Made by a program: the position numbers and the translations under genes. Shown here piece after piece: positions 19,232-28,655 of a stretch of 64,000 nucleotides of DNA. Source of the DNA: Gammaproteobacteria bacterium (GTDB taxonomy: Bacteria > Pseudomonadota > Gammaproteobacteria > Magnimaribacterales > TMED112); the NCBI GenBank assembly GCA_002716745.1, contig PBBW01000005.1:184151-248150 (forward strand), written 5' to 3'. The notes beneath the pieces were generated by a model that did not search any database, was not told the origin of the DNA, and saw only the letters and a list, made by a program, of their open reading frames with translations. Each line of letters starts with the position of its first letter. Within the stretch, counting starts at the first letter, position 1.

Positions 19232-21394
19232 CTAATCAGATGCAGATTTAGGCCACTCCATTGGTATCTGCTGCTGAGGATTAAATAATCTTTTTGGTCC
19301 TACTGATGGTCTTGCAGATTCTGCTAAATTAATTTCTTCTTCAGAAAGGAATTCGCTAGGAAGGAGTTTAAAGACATCCAATCCCCTTGCAATTTCTGTT
19401 CCATATAAAGTACCTTCATAGAAATATACTGACCAGTATCCTCCAGTAACAAGCTCGTCCTCAAGAACTGGACCTCTGTCAAAATAAGCAATTTCTTTTG
19501 GATTAGAGGAGTCTGAGAAGTCTATTACTGATATTCCACCTTGATACCAAGCCTGTGCAAAGATATCTTTCCCTGGAACTGGAATAATTGAGCCATTATG
19601 TGCAACACAATTCTCTGATTCAAGTTGAGGGGCTGGCATTTTATAGTGACTCTTGTAGACCAGCTCATTATCAACTATGTCGTAAATTGCATCAGCTCCC
19701 CAATTAAGTGGATCCCAAGCTCTGCATCTTGGCCTGCCTCCGCCGCCCCATTCATCAGTAAAGATTACTTTTGTTCCGTCGTTATTAAATGTTGCAGAGT
19801 GCCAGTATGCAAAGCCTGTGTCTGTAACCACATCAATACGTGTTGGACTATATGGGTCTGAAATGTCAAATAGTATTCCATTACCAGAGCAGGCTCCAGC
19901 AGCAAGATTTTTTGTTGGAAATACTGTTATGTCATGACATTGATTTGTCATTCTCGTGGTTTGTGTTTTGTAGGGATCTCCATGATCTCCTCCACGCCAA
20001 AGTCCTGCAAGCTGCCCAGTCTCTTCGTCAGCAAATACAGCTGGACTTGAGACAATTTTCGAAGCACTTGGATTGTTTATGGGAATTTCAATTACATCAA
20101 TTCTAAATAATGCCGTTCTAGTATCGCCAATATCATCAATACAAGACTCCATTTCTTCATCATCTCTAATTCTTCCAGTACCTGAATTGTATACAACTAT
20201 TTTGTTATCAGCCGTAGGGCCTGCAACTACTGAGTGCGTATGGGAACCCCTGCAAGTTTGAACGGCACCAACTTGCATTGGGTTTGTAATATCAGAAATA
20301 TCAAATATTCTTATCCCCCTAAAACGATCCATGCTTGCATCAGTACCAACACCTTCAAGCCCACAATCAACCCTTCCTCTTGTTTCTTCAACTGACATTA
20401 TAAGTAGGTCACCAACAATTGAGACGTCACCTTGGCCTCCTGGACAAACTACAGATGTTACTAAATTAGGCACTCCATTGTCATCAAGCTCATACATGTT
20501 AAAACCATGATAGCTTCCTGCAACTAGTAAGTTACCACTAAATGCCATATCAGTATTTGAAAAACTAAACATTGGTGAACGTAGCTTTACAGATCGTTCC
20601 TCCAGAGACATATTTTCTTTTTCTTCAGAACTCTTTGCACTATCTGATCCTCTTAAAGCCGGATTATTAGGATCATAAAAACCAACTGGTTTATCTAAAG
20701 ATTTAACTAATTCAAGGTTCAAAATAGCCTCCTCTGCATATTTAAGACCCCCTTTTAGGCCTGAGCGTGGATCATCTGATAATCCCACAAGAAGACCATT
20801 CATTCTTTCAATCTCAACGCCTTGATCATTCACTAAGTCTGAAACAAATTCGTTCAAAACAGGATCATAGGCAGAACCCGACTGTTTTCTTAATTCGGCC
20901 ACCATTTTTATTGCGCCATCATGATGGTTAATCATCAGATTCAAGAAAAGCCTATCAAAGGTTGTTCCATCTGATTCTTCGAGCTGTTTTAATTGTTGAG
21001 GTGTAGCCATTCCTGCCATTTTTATATGCATTCCCATGCTATGATCCATTCCCATTGAAACATTTTCACCTCTTTCTTCTAGCCATCCGTCCATAAAGTT
21101 CATTTCGTCCTCTTGAGAGGCTTCAATTCTTCCTGCTAAATCAATGATTGAAGGAGAATTTGTTCTTGTAGGCGCAAGCTCAGACATTATTAAAGCTTGG
21201 TTATGGTGAACTATCATTCCCTGAAGAAAGGATACATCAGCATTTGTGTAAGATGTATTTGCAATTGCAATTGCAGTTTCCGGATCGATATTCTCTGTCG
21301 GCTTTCCTGGAGCACCAGGATTTACAATTTTTGGTTCTGCAGCAACTGCAAGCATGACCAATGGTAGAAGTAGAGTTGTTATTTTCATTTTCAT
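19232..21394 (-). CDS. Secreted DUF305 domain fused to an LVIVD-repeat-like beta-propeller
   Basis: Signal peptide 'MKMKITTLLLPLVMLAVAA'. Two DUF305 half-motifs 'FLQGMIVHHNQALIMSE' and 'FLNLMINHHDGAIKMVAE' are separated by the Met/His-rich 'SMGMDHSMGMHIKMAGM'. The C-terminal approximately 450 aa carry repeated 'G(I/L)x(V/I)(F/I)D(I/F)SDxxNP'-type blades. Confidence 0.6.
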   Translation of the reverse strand: MKMKITTLLLPLVMLAVAAEPKIVNPGAPGKPTENIDPETAIAIANTSYTNADVSFLQGMIVHHNQALIMSELAPTRTNSPSIIDLAGRIEASQEDEMNFMDGWLEERGENVSMGMDHSMGMHIKMAGMATPQQLKQLEESDGTTFDRLFLNLMINHHDGAIKMVAELRKQSGSAYDPVLNEFVSDLVNDQGVEIERMNGLLVGLSDDPRSGLKGGLKYAEEAILNLELVKSLDKPVGFYDPNNPALRGSDSAKSSEEKENMSLEERSVKLRSPMFSFSNTDMAFSGNLLVAGSYHGFNMYELDDNGVPNLVTSVVCPGGQGDVSIVGDLLIMSVEETRGRVDCGLEGVGTDASMDRFRGIRIFDISDITNPMQVGAVQTCRGSHTHSVVAGPTADNKIVVYNSGTGRIRDDEEMESCIDDIGDTRTALFRIDVIEIPINNPSASKIVSSPAVFADEETGQLAGLWRGGDHGDPYKTQTTRMTNQCHDITVFPTKNLAAGACSGNGILFDISDPYSPTRIDVVTDTGFAYWHSATFNNDGTKVIFTDEWGGGGRPRCRAWDPLNWGADAIYDIVDNELVYKSHYKMPAPQLESENCVAHNGSIIPVPGKDIFAQAWYQGGISVIDFSDSSNPKEIAYFDRGPVLEDELVTGGYWSVYFYEGTLYGTEIARGLDVFKLLPSEFLSEEEINLAESARPSVGPKRLFNPQQQIPMEWPKSASD

Positions 21395-21468
21395 AATTTT
21401 CCTTAATTAGAAATAATACCATTTTCAGAAAAAACAATTAACCTAGATATAATCTTTATACAAATCTA

Positions 21469-23340
21469 ATGAACTATAGACCAGAGATTGATGGACTTCG
21501 AGCAATGGCAATTTTGCCAGTTGTTTTTTTTCATTTAGGGTGGCCGTTGTTTAACGGTGGTTATATTGGTGTAGATATTTTTTTTGTTATTAGTGGTTAT
21601 CTCATTTCAACACTGATAATAAAAGAAATTGATTCCAAAAAATTTTCAATATTAAAGTTTTATGAAAGGAGAATAAGAAGGATATTTCCTGCTCTTTTTT
21701 TAGTTACAGTAGTGACAATGCTAATTGGGTGGTTCCTTATGCTCCCATCTGACTTCAAAGCATTATCTCAAAGTGTTTTCTCTGTCTCAATTTTTTCCTC
21801 CAACATATTTTTTTGGCTCACTAATCCTTATTTTTCCCCTCCAGCTGACTTGCAGCCGCTTTTACACACGTGGAGTTTATCTGTTGAAGAGCAATTTTAC
21901 CTTCTCTATCCTGCTTTGGTCTTACTATGCTTAAGGTTAGGCTTTATCTTTTTCTTAGTCTGCCTTTCTACTATATTTTTTAGCAGTTTTTTATCTCAAT
22001 ATCTCGTCATATTTGAACAAGCAAGTTGGCAGTTTTATTTAATCATATCTAGAGCTTGGGAACTCATATTTGGAGTGTTAATAGCTATTCTTCTGTACAA
22101 GGCTAAGCCGAATTTTTCAAACACTCTAAAAGAAATCGGCTCAATCATAGGTTTTAGCATCCTTTTTTCATCATTTTTAATTTTTGATGAAAATACCCAT
22201 CACCCTTCAATCTGGACATTTTTGCCTGTATTTGGCACAGGTTTAATAATAGTATTCTGTACTAAAGAAACTGCTCTTTATAAAATCCTTTCTCTTAAAC
22301 CAATAGTCAGTATTGGATTAATTTCTTATAGCCTGTATTTATGGCATTTCCCAATTATCTCTTTTACTAAGTATAGCCAGTTACAAGAACTTTCATTTTA
22401 TCAGTCCATTTTTATATTCATTTGTTCATTAGTCATTTCATATATTTCATGGAGGTTCTTTGAAAAAAAATTCCGAGATTTTAAAATCATTCCAACTAAA
22501 GTCATCTTTATCTTTGCCACAGTTGGTTCTATATTTCTTGCTTCTATAGGCCTTGTAGGACATTTCAACAATGGGTTTGATAATAGATTGTCAAGCGAGC
22601 AATCAAAATTACTTAACATTAAGAGCCTTAAAAAATTTAATGAACAATTAAGGACAGGCATTTGTTTTCTTGAAGATGGCCAGTCTGTTGATGGGTTTAA
22701 TAAAAACTGTTCATCAGGAGAAATTCTGCTTTGGGGGGATTCACATGCTGCAGCCCTTTTTGAGGGATTAAATAAAATTAGCGCTGTTTCTCAGTTTACA
22801 TCTTCTGGTTGTCCGGCAATCTTTAATATTGTCTTAGCAGATAATCGAAATTGTGGAAAATTGAATAATGAAATCTTTTCTAAGATTAAGTCAAATAAAT
22901 ATGAGTACATTATTCTTCATGCAAATTGGATTAGGCACGGTTACGGAAATTATGAAATTTATCTCAAAAACACGTTAAAAAAAATCGGTAATAATTGGAA
23001 GGAAGCCAATATTATTATTATCGGCAGCACACCACAATGGTTTAACTCTCTGCCTAAATATATTGTTTTAAACGACTTGAGTATCAATGAAATCGCTAAG
23101 AATGGTGGCTATGTTAAAACAGACCTAGATAAATTGCTTGTTGCTGACAAATTAATTAAAAAGATTGTCCAAGAATTGAATATGGAGAATATCAAATTTT
23201 ACCCAGTCCTAGACAGATATTGTAAGGATTCCAAATGTTTAGGCATTGATCCAAATAGTGCAAATAATTTACTCTTTTGGGATTATGGCCACTTGACCGG
23301 AAGAGGCTCTAGCATTTATGTTGGGGAGGTTCTGAAATAA
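21469..23340 (+). CDS. OafA/YrhL-type acyltransferase-3 with C-terminal SGNH domain (paralog of 16878..18824)
   Basis: 'MNYRPEIDGLRAMAILPVVFFH', 'GVDIFFVISGYLIS', 'HTWSLSVEEQFY', 'LWGDSHA' and 'WDYGHLT'. Confidence 0.8.
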   Translation: MNYRPEIDGLRAMAILPVVFFHLGWPLFNGGYIGVDIFFVISGYLISTLIIKEIDSKKFSILKFYERRIRRIFPALFLVTVVTMLIGWFLMLPSDFKALSQSVFSVSIFSSNIFFWLTNPYFSPPADLQPLLHTWSLSVEEQFYLLYPALVLLCLRLGFIFFLVCLSTIFFSSFLSQYLVIFEQASWQFYLIISRAWELIFGVLIAILLYKAKPNFSNTLKEIGSIIGFSILFSSFLIFDENTHHPSIWTFLPVFGTGLIIVFCTKETALYKILSLKPIVSIGLISYSLYLWHFPIISFTKYSQLQELSFYQSIFIFICSLVISYISWRFFEKKFRDFKIIPTKVIFIFATVGSIFLASIGLVGHFNNGFDNRLSSEQSKLLNIKSLKKFNEQLRTGICFLEDGQSVDGFNKNCSSGEILLWGDSHAAALFEGLNKISAVSQFTSSGCPAIFNIVLADNRNCGKLNNEIFSKIKSNKYEYIILHANWIRHGYGNYEIYLKNTLKKIGNNWKEANIIIIGSTPQWFNSLPKYIVLNDLSINEIAKNGGYVKTDLDKLLVADKLIKKIVQELNMENIKFYPVLDRYCKDSKCLGIDPNSANNLLFWDYGHLTGRGSSIYVGEVLK

Positions 23341-23342
23341 GT

Positions 23343-24299
23343 TTATTTTATTTTTTTGTTTCCTAAACTAGAATCGCCAACTTTAAATCCTGAATCATAA
23401 GGATCTACTCTTTGGGCGTAAGAAAAAAGTTTTTTTGATAAAAACTTACTTATCTTGTATCTATACATGCTTAGTATGCTCTTCACTGATAACCAATCTC
23501 TTCTAGAAAAATTTAGATAATTATTAAAAGGTTTTATATTCCTGTTGCTTGGTGCGTCTTTCAGAAGCTCAACAATGTAATCCGAATAACCATAAACCTT
23601 TGCTATTTCTAAAGAAGATAAAATAGCTTTATTCCAACTATCTTCATCTAATTCCTGAAGATCTATGTGAAGTTGTCTTGCATTTTTAAAAAAAAGCGCA
23701 TCTCCTGAAACGAGCCTCCCTTTTTTAGCCCCAAAAAATAAAGAGTTTCGGTTCTTTTGAAAAACCCTTCTGATATCCCAAACTTCAAAACCTTGGCTTC
23801 TCAAAAATTGCTCTATTTCACTAAAAAGTGGCTGTCCCTCATACAATTCAGCAAATTCAATTTCAAGTTCAATGCAAGAAATCGTTTTGAGAGATTCTAA
23901 GCCTCCCTTTAAAGCTTCAAGCTCTGCACCCTGAATATCTAGCTTAATAAAATTAGGATTTTCAATGCCTTCATTTTTAAGAATATTATCTAAAGTATTT
24001 GTTTGAATCTTTGCAGTCTCTTTAACTTTGAATCTTTCTGAATAAGGATATTTTTCTAGAAGTTTTAAATTTGGTCTAAAAATTGATGAGCATTCTCCCT
24101 TATTCGTAAAATTAATCTCAATAGACTGCTTTTGTGATGATAAGGCCTCATTGATAATTACATAGTTTTTTGAAGAATATTTTGTCTTTAGCTCATCATA
24201 AGCCTCAGGATCTGGCTCAAATGCAATTATAGTTTTCTCTTTAACGCTAGAGAATCTGGGTAAAATCTCTCCTGCAGCCCCTACATCAATTAAAATCAT
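23343..24299 (-). CDS. FkbM family methyltransferase
   Basis: 'IDVGAAGE...IIAFEPDPEAYDEL' and 'IKLDIQGAELEAL', the Methyltransf_21 pattern. Confidence 0.7.
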   Translation of the reverse strand: MILIDVGAAGEILPRFSSVKEKTIIAFEPDPEAYDELKTKYSSKNYVIINEALSSQKQSIEINFTNKGECSSIFRPNLKLLEKYPYSERFKVKETAKIQTNTLDNILKNEGIENPNFIKLDIQGAELEALKGGLESLKTISCIELEIEFAELYEGQPLFSEIEQFLRSQGFEVWDIRRVFQKNRNSLFFGAKKGRLVSGDALFFKNARQLHIDLQELDEDSWNKAILSSLEIAKVYGYSDYIVELLKDAPSNRNIKPFNNYLNFSRRDWLSVKSILSMYRYKISKFLSKKLFSYAQRVDPYDSGFKVGDSSLGNKKIK

Positions 24300-24352
24300 A
24301 ATGGGATTATAACTTATTTGCTCATAATCATACTTTAGTTTATTGTCATTTT

Positions 24353-25987
24353 ATGAAGCCTAATGTAACAATTTCCAAAAATGGAGAAGTTCAAAGCAAG
24401 AATGAATTTGTAAAAAAATTTAATGAAAAATTGTTTCAATTAGAGAAAGAATTTACAAATAAAATTGACGGTTTTTTGGATGCAAATAAAAATGAACCAT
24501 TTATTTTTTTATCAGCGACATTAAGCAGAAGCATACATCAATCTAAGATCTATTATGATTATTGTTTACTAAAAAATATTTCTGAGTTCCTAGATAACGG
24601 ATATCAAATTGATTATATTGAAATTGGACCTGAACTTCATGAGACTATACAGCAAACCAAGAAAATAGATTCAGAAAAAATCTCAAAATTTGCTGTTATA
24701 AGTAACAATACCAACGAAGTAAAGAACCTTTTACGGTTGGTAAAGTTTTTAATTATTAAGCTATTTCAAATCACTCTTATAAGAACTAACTTTAACCAAT
24801 CAAAAAATATTGGGGAATGCAAAGGTCTTTTTAGTTCGTATGTTTTCAAGGGTGCGGCACGCCAAAACTACTATTTTGGAAATGAATTAAATTCCGAAAA
24901 TTCTGAATCAGCATTTTGTCCAGTAATTATCGATACTAGTCTAAGGAATTTATTTTCTACTATAAGTGAACTAAAAAAAATTAAATCGCCTTTAATTTTC
25001 AAGGAACATTATCTTAGTTTTAAAGACATACTTAAAGGACTAGCACACTACTCAAATGAAAGGAGATTCTCAAAAGATTGCGTAAAAACTGGCAGCATTA
25101 ATTTTTTGATATCTAAACACTTATCAAATGCTTTATTTAATACACAATCACTAGAGGCTCACTTAAATATGTTTGGTTTTAGCAAATTATTCTCTAAGGT
25201 AGATATACCAAGAAAATTAATTGTTTCTTGGGAAAATCAAGCTTCTGAAAAAGCAATAATTTATTCAGCCCAAAATCATACTGATACAGAAACTATTGGA
25301 TATATTTCCAGACCAATTAAGCAAAATGAATTTAACCTCATAAGTTCAGAGCAGGAAGTAAAAAATTGTCTTTGTCCAAGTAGATTATTTGTAACTGGAA
25401 AAAGTGCATTAAAAAAATTTAATGAAACTAACCCCAAACTTAATGTATCTCTAGGGCCAAACCTAAGATTTAGATGGAATGGTGATGCTCATAAAAAAAT
25501 TAAAGACCATGTTGAAAAAAAGAATTTAATATTCTTATTTCCTGGCGAAAATAAACTCTTTGAATCTCTTGAACAGATGGTTGACGAGTTGATAGATGCT
25601 AACATCCACACACAATTCAATTTCTATGCAAAATTGCACCCTTACTTCAAACACTCAAAAGGTTTAAACAACAATATTGAATTAGTAGATCAAAAAATTG
25701 AGGATTTTCCAAACGGGGCAATAGTTGTTTCCACTGCAAGCATTGCAGCCCTTGAATCAGCTGCTAAAGGCTTTAGAACCGTATTATTTATTGAACAATA
25801 CAACGAATGGGAAACAGCCCTGTACTCAAGTAGTGAAAACTATTCTATTCCCACATTTAAAGATACATCAGAACTTATTAAAATAATTAATGAAAATTCC
25901 CATTTTACATCTATAGATACTGAAAAGATTGAAAATGCTTTTTTTAATAACAGTATCAATGAAGGATTAGATTTCTTTTATAAGTAG
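24353..25987 (+). CDS. Uncharacterised 544-aa protein, possibly a GT-B-like glycosyl/phosphotransferase
   Basis: Long clean ORF in the glycan block. The C-terminal third has 'LIFLFPGE...AKLHPYF...VVSTASIAALESA', loosely like the 'HP-motif' GT-B families (TagF/KpsS-type). I recognise no confident family. Confidence 0.3.
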   Translation: MKPNVTISKNGEVQSKNEFVKKFNEKLFQLEKEFTNKIDGFLDANKNEPFIFLSATLSRSIHQSKIYYDYCLLKNISEFLDNGYQIDYIEIGPELHETIQQTKKIDSEKISKFAVISNNTNEVKNLLRLVKFLIIKLFQITLIRTNFNQSKNIGECKGLFSSYVFKGAARQNYYFGNELNSENSESAFCPVIIDTSLRNLFSTISELKKIKSPLIFKEHYLSFKDILKGLAHYSNERRFSKDCVKTGSINFLISKHLSNALFNTQSLEAHLNMFGFSKLFSKVDIPRKLIVSWENQASEKAIIYSAQNHTDTETIGYISRPIKQNEFNLISSEQEVKNCLCPSRLFVTGKSALKKFNETNPKLNVSLGPNLRFRWNGDAHKKIKDHVEKKNLIFLFPGENKLFESLEQMVDELIDANIHTQFNFYAKLHPYFKHSKGLNNNIELVDQKIEDFPNGAIVVSTASIAALESAAKGFRTVLFIEQYNEWETALYSSSENYSIPTFKDTSELIKIINENSHFTSIDTEKIENAFFNNSINEGLDFFYK

Positions 25988-26008
25988 TTTTTTTGATAGA
26001 ATCTCTAT

Positions 26009-26848
26009 GTGATTAAATATAAAGCACAGAAAAGTTTTCTAAAAGAAGATTTTTGTAAGAACTTAGTTCAAGAAGGAAAAACCTTTTTTGATAATAATAT
26101 TTCAGGCGGTGATGTTATCCATGGTGGAAGAAACTTTATTCCAAATTCCTCTCTAGATTGGCATGATCTTTGTGAAAAGAATGAGTCATGGAAAAAGCTC
26201 AATAAAAAGCTAAATAGCCAAGAGTTCTTAGATTATGTTTCTGGCTTATTTGATCAAAACAATGAGCAATATAAATGCATCAAACTCTATACTAAAAAAA
26301 GAAATTTTAGTGCAAACCTCAATCAAAAAGTAAAAATTTCAGGTTTTAAAACTCTTTTAGGTGCAATGGTATACAAATCGTATTTATTCTTAACCAGACA
26401 TTTAATATCTTTTTTTAATTCGATCTTCAGCAGAAAGGTAAGCTTAGAACTATTGATTGATTTTTCAATTGCATCGAAGGGTTATACCAGAGAAGTCCAC
26501 AGAGACAGCAATAACAGAAAATTCGTTTTTCTTATATATCTTAATTCTCTAAGTAGCTCGGCGGAGGAGGGTGGTGAATTTGTTACATGGAAACTTAAAG
26601 AAAATAAAGACTATAAAAGTGGTAGGCCAAACCCAAATGATTGTGAAGTTATTGAAAAAATTTCTCCAGAACCTGGGAAGTTAATTGTTTTTAAGAATGA
26701 TAATTTTTCCTTTCATTCAGTCAGTAAAATGACGTCAGTTGAGAATAGATACTTTATATATGGAGGTTTTACACAACTTTCCGGAAAAAATAAATTTATG
26801 GAAAAATACGATTATTCAATGAAAACTGAGTTTAACATCTACCTTTAA
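26009..26848 (+). CDS. 2OG-Fe(II) oxygenase-like protein (GTG start)
   Basis: 'EVHRDSNNRKFVFLIYLN...GGEFVTW...EPGKLIVFKNDNFSFHSV' fits the HxD...H facial triad and the layout of 2OG-FeII_Oxy_3-type proteins. Confidence 0.5.
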   Translation: MIKYKAQKSFLKEDFCKNLVQEGKTFFDNNISGGDVIHGGRNFIPNSSLDWHDLCEKNESWKKLNKKLNSQEFLDYVSGLFDQNNEQYKCIKLYTKKRNFSANLNQKVKISGFKTLLGAMVYKSYLFLTRHLISFFNSIFSRKVSLELLIDFSIASKGYTREVHRDSNNRKFVFLIYLNSLSSSAEEGGEFVTWKLKENKDYKSGRPNPNDCEVIEKISPEPGKLIVFKNDNFSFHSVSKMTSVENRYFIYGGFTQLSGKNKFMEKYDYSMKTEFNIYL

Positions 26849-26855
26849 TTCAACA

Positions 26856-27620
26856 ATGCCATCTCCTAGAATCTCTGTAATTATAAATTGTAAAAACGGT
26901 GAGATTTTTCTTGAGGAAGTTTTTACAGCTCTTAAAAAACAAAAATTTAAAGACTTTGAAGTTATTTTCTTAGATAGTGGGTCTGTAGACGGCTCTAAAA
27001 AAATTTTTGATAGATACAAAGAAGATAATTATTTTTATGTTGAGGGCAATGAAAATGATTCTCTTGCTGAGTCAAGAAATAAAGCTGTAAAGAAGTCTAG
27101 AGGAGAGTGGTTATGCTTCAATGATCAAGATGATATCTATCTTAGTGAAAGATTTAGTGATCCAATGAAAATTGCTGAAAAAGATACAGATTTAAAATTA
27201 ATATTTTCAGATTTTGAAAAAATTGATATAAATTCTAAAAGTTTAGGCTCTGGATCATTTGGAAAGTGCTCGTTTTCAAATGTTCTTCTTGGCATAGCTA
27301 ATGTCGGCCTTTTAACGCTAACAGTTAAGAGAGACTGTTTTGATAGTTTAGGCGGCTTTGATGAAAGATATCCTCACTCCCAAGACTACCATCTAATTCT
27401 CAAAATAATAAAAAAGCATAAGTTTCACTATATTGATAAAGTCCTTGCAAAATATAGGATCCATAACAAAAGTATGTCATCTCAAATGTTAAGTGATGGA
27501 AGCCTATATTTAGAGACAGCAAAGATTGCAATGAATTACCTACCTAGGCCTGAAGCAGTATTTCGTGTTGTAGAGATGTATTCAAAATATCTATATAGAA
27601 AATTTTTTAGAAAGAAATGA
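26856..27620 (+). CDS. Family 2 glycosyltransferase
   Basis: 'ISVIINCKNGEIFLEEVFTALKKQKFKDFEVIFLDSGSVDGS', 'NKAVKKSRGEWLCFNDQDD' (DxD). Confidence 0.8.
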   Translation: MPSPRISVIINCKNGEIFLEEVFTALKKQKFKDFEVIFLDSGSVDGSKKIFDRYKEDNYFYVEGNENDSLAESRNKAVKKSRGEWLCFNDQDDIYLSERFSDPMKIAEKDTDLKLIFSDFEKIDINSKSLGSGSFGKCSFSNVLLGIANVGLLTLTVKRDCFDSLGGFDERYPHSQDYHLILKIIKKHKFHYIDKVLAKYRIHNKSMSSQMLSDGSLYLETAKIAMNYLPRPEAVFRVVEMYSKYLYRKFFRKK

Positions 27621-27651
27621 GTAGTAAAAAGATATTTTTAAGGAAAAAACT

Positions 27652-28644
27652 TTGAAGAAAGTTGCTATTTTTAATGATACCTCTAAGGAAAACCATTATG
27701 GTTGCTATCAGGTAATGGAAGTAATTTTTCGTGAGTTAGAGCAACTTGATATAAAAATTGAATACACTTGGCCAGTAGGCATAGATTGGACAAATCAAAT
27801 AAATCCAAAAAGCTTACAAAATCTTTCTGCAATAATCATTAATGGTGAGGGAACCATCCACGATACAAAGAACAACAAACCAGCAAGAAAGTTGTTAAAA
27901 CTTGCATCATTTGCGGCACTGAACTCAGTGCCTTGCTATCTGATAAATTCAACTATTTATCAGGTTGAAAAAAAACATATTGAAGATCTAAGATTATTCA
28001 GAAGAATTTACGTTAGAGATAAAGCCTCGCAAGTTTTTCTTAAAGAAAATAATATTCATGCAAATTTTGTACCTGATCTCTCATTTTTCTTTGAGCTTTC
28101 ATCAGATATTGTTATACACAAACATCAAAAAAATAAAGTATTAGTTACTGATTCAGTTTTAAAAAATTCTGCTCAGGAATTAAAAAAATTTGCGATGAAT
28201 AACAAGTTTGAATACCTCAAGTTTGTAAAGCACCCCAACATATTTAGAAGAATTCTTGAAAAATTCAAAAGAGTAGCTGGAAAGTTAAATCTAATAAGCT
28301 CTAAGATAAACTCTAAACCATCTTGCCCACGAAATTTTCAAAAGTTTAAAGAATTATTTAGTAGTGCCAATCTTGTTGTTACTGGCAGATATCATGCTGT
28401 TACAACTGCTCTTTCAAACAAGATACCTGTAATTTGTATTCAATCAAATACCCCAAAAATTTCATTTCTTTTAGATGATATCTTTGAAGAAAAGAAAAGG
28501 TTAATGTCTTTTATTGATCCAGCTAAAAAATATTTAAACAGAAACTTTTCTAATAAGGAGCAAGCTCTTCTTAACGACTACATCTCGTTTGGAAGAGTAC
28601 AAATGAAAACAATGTTTAAAGAAATTTCACAGGAAAGTTCATAA
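27652..28644 (+). CDS. Polysaccharide pyruvyl transferase-like protein (TTG start)
   Basis: C-terminal 'LVVTGRYHAVTTALSNKIPVICIQSNTPKI' resembles the conserved R(L/Y)H block of PS_pyruv_trans proteins. SD-like AAGGA lies 7 nt upstream of the TTG. Confidence 0.5.
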   Translation: MKKVAIFNDTSKENHYGCYQVMEVIFRELEQLDIKIEYTWPVGIDWTNQINPKSLQNLSAIIINGEGTIHDTKNNKPARKLLKLASFAALNSVPCYLINSTIYQVEKKHIEDLRLFRRIYVRDKASQVFLKENNIHANFVPDLSFFFELSSDIVIHKHQKNKVLVTDSVLKNSAQELKKFAMNNKFEYLKFVKHPNIFRRILEKFKRVAGKLNLISSKINSKPSCPRNFQKFKELFSSANLVVTGRYHAVTTALSNKIPVICIQSNTPKISFLLDDIFEEKKRLMSFIDPAKKYLNRNFSNKEQALLNDYISFGRVQMKTMFKEISQESS

Positions 28645-28655
28645 GAAAGGAATTT

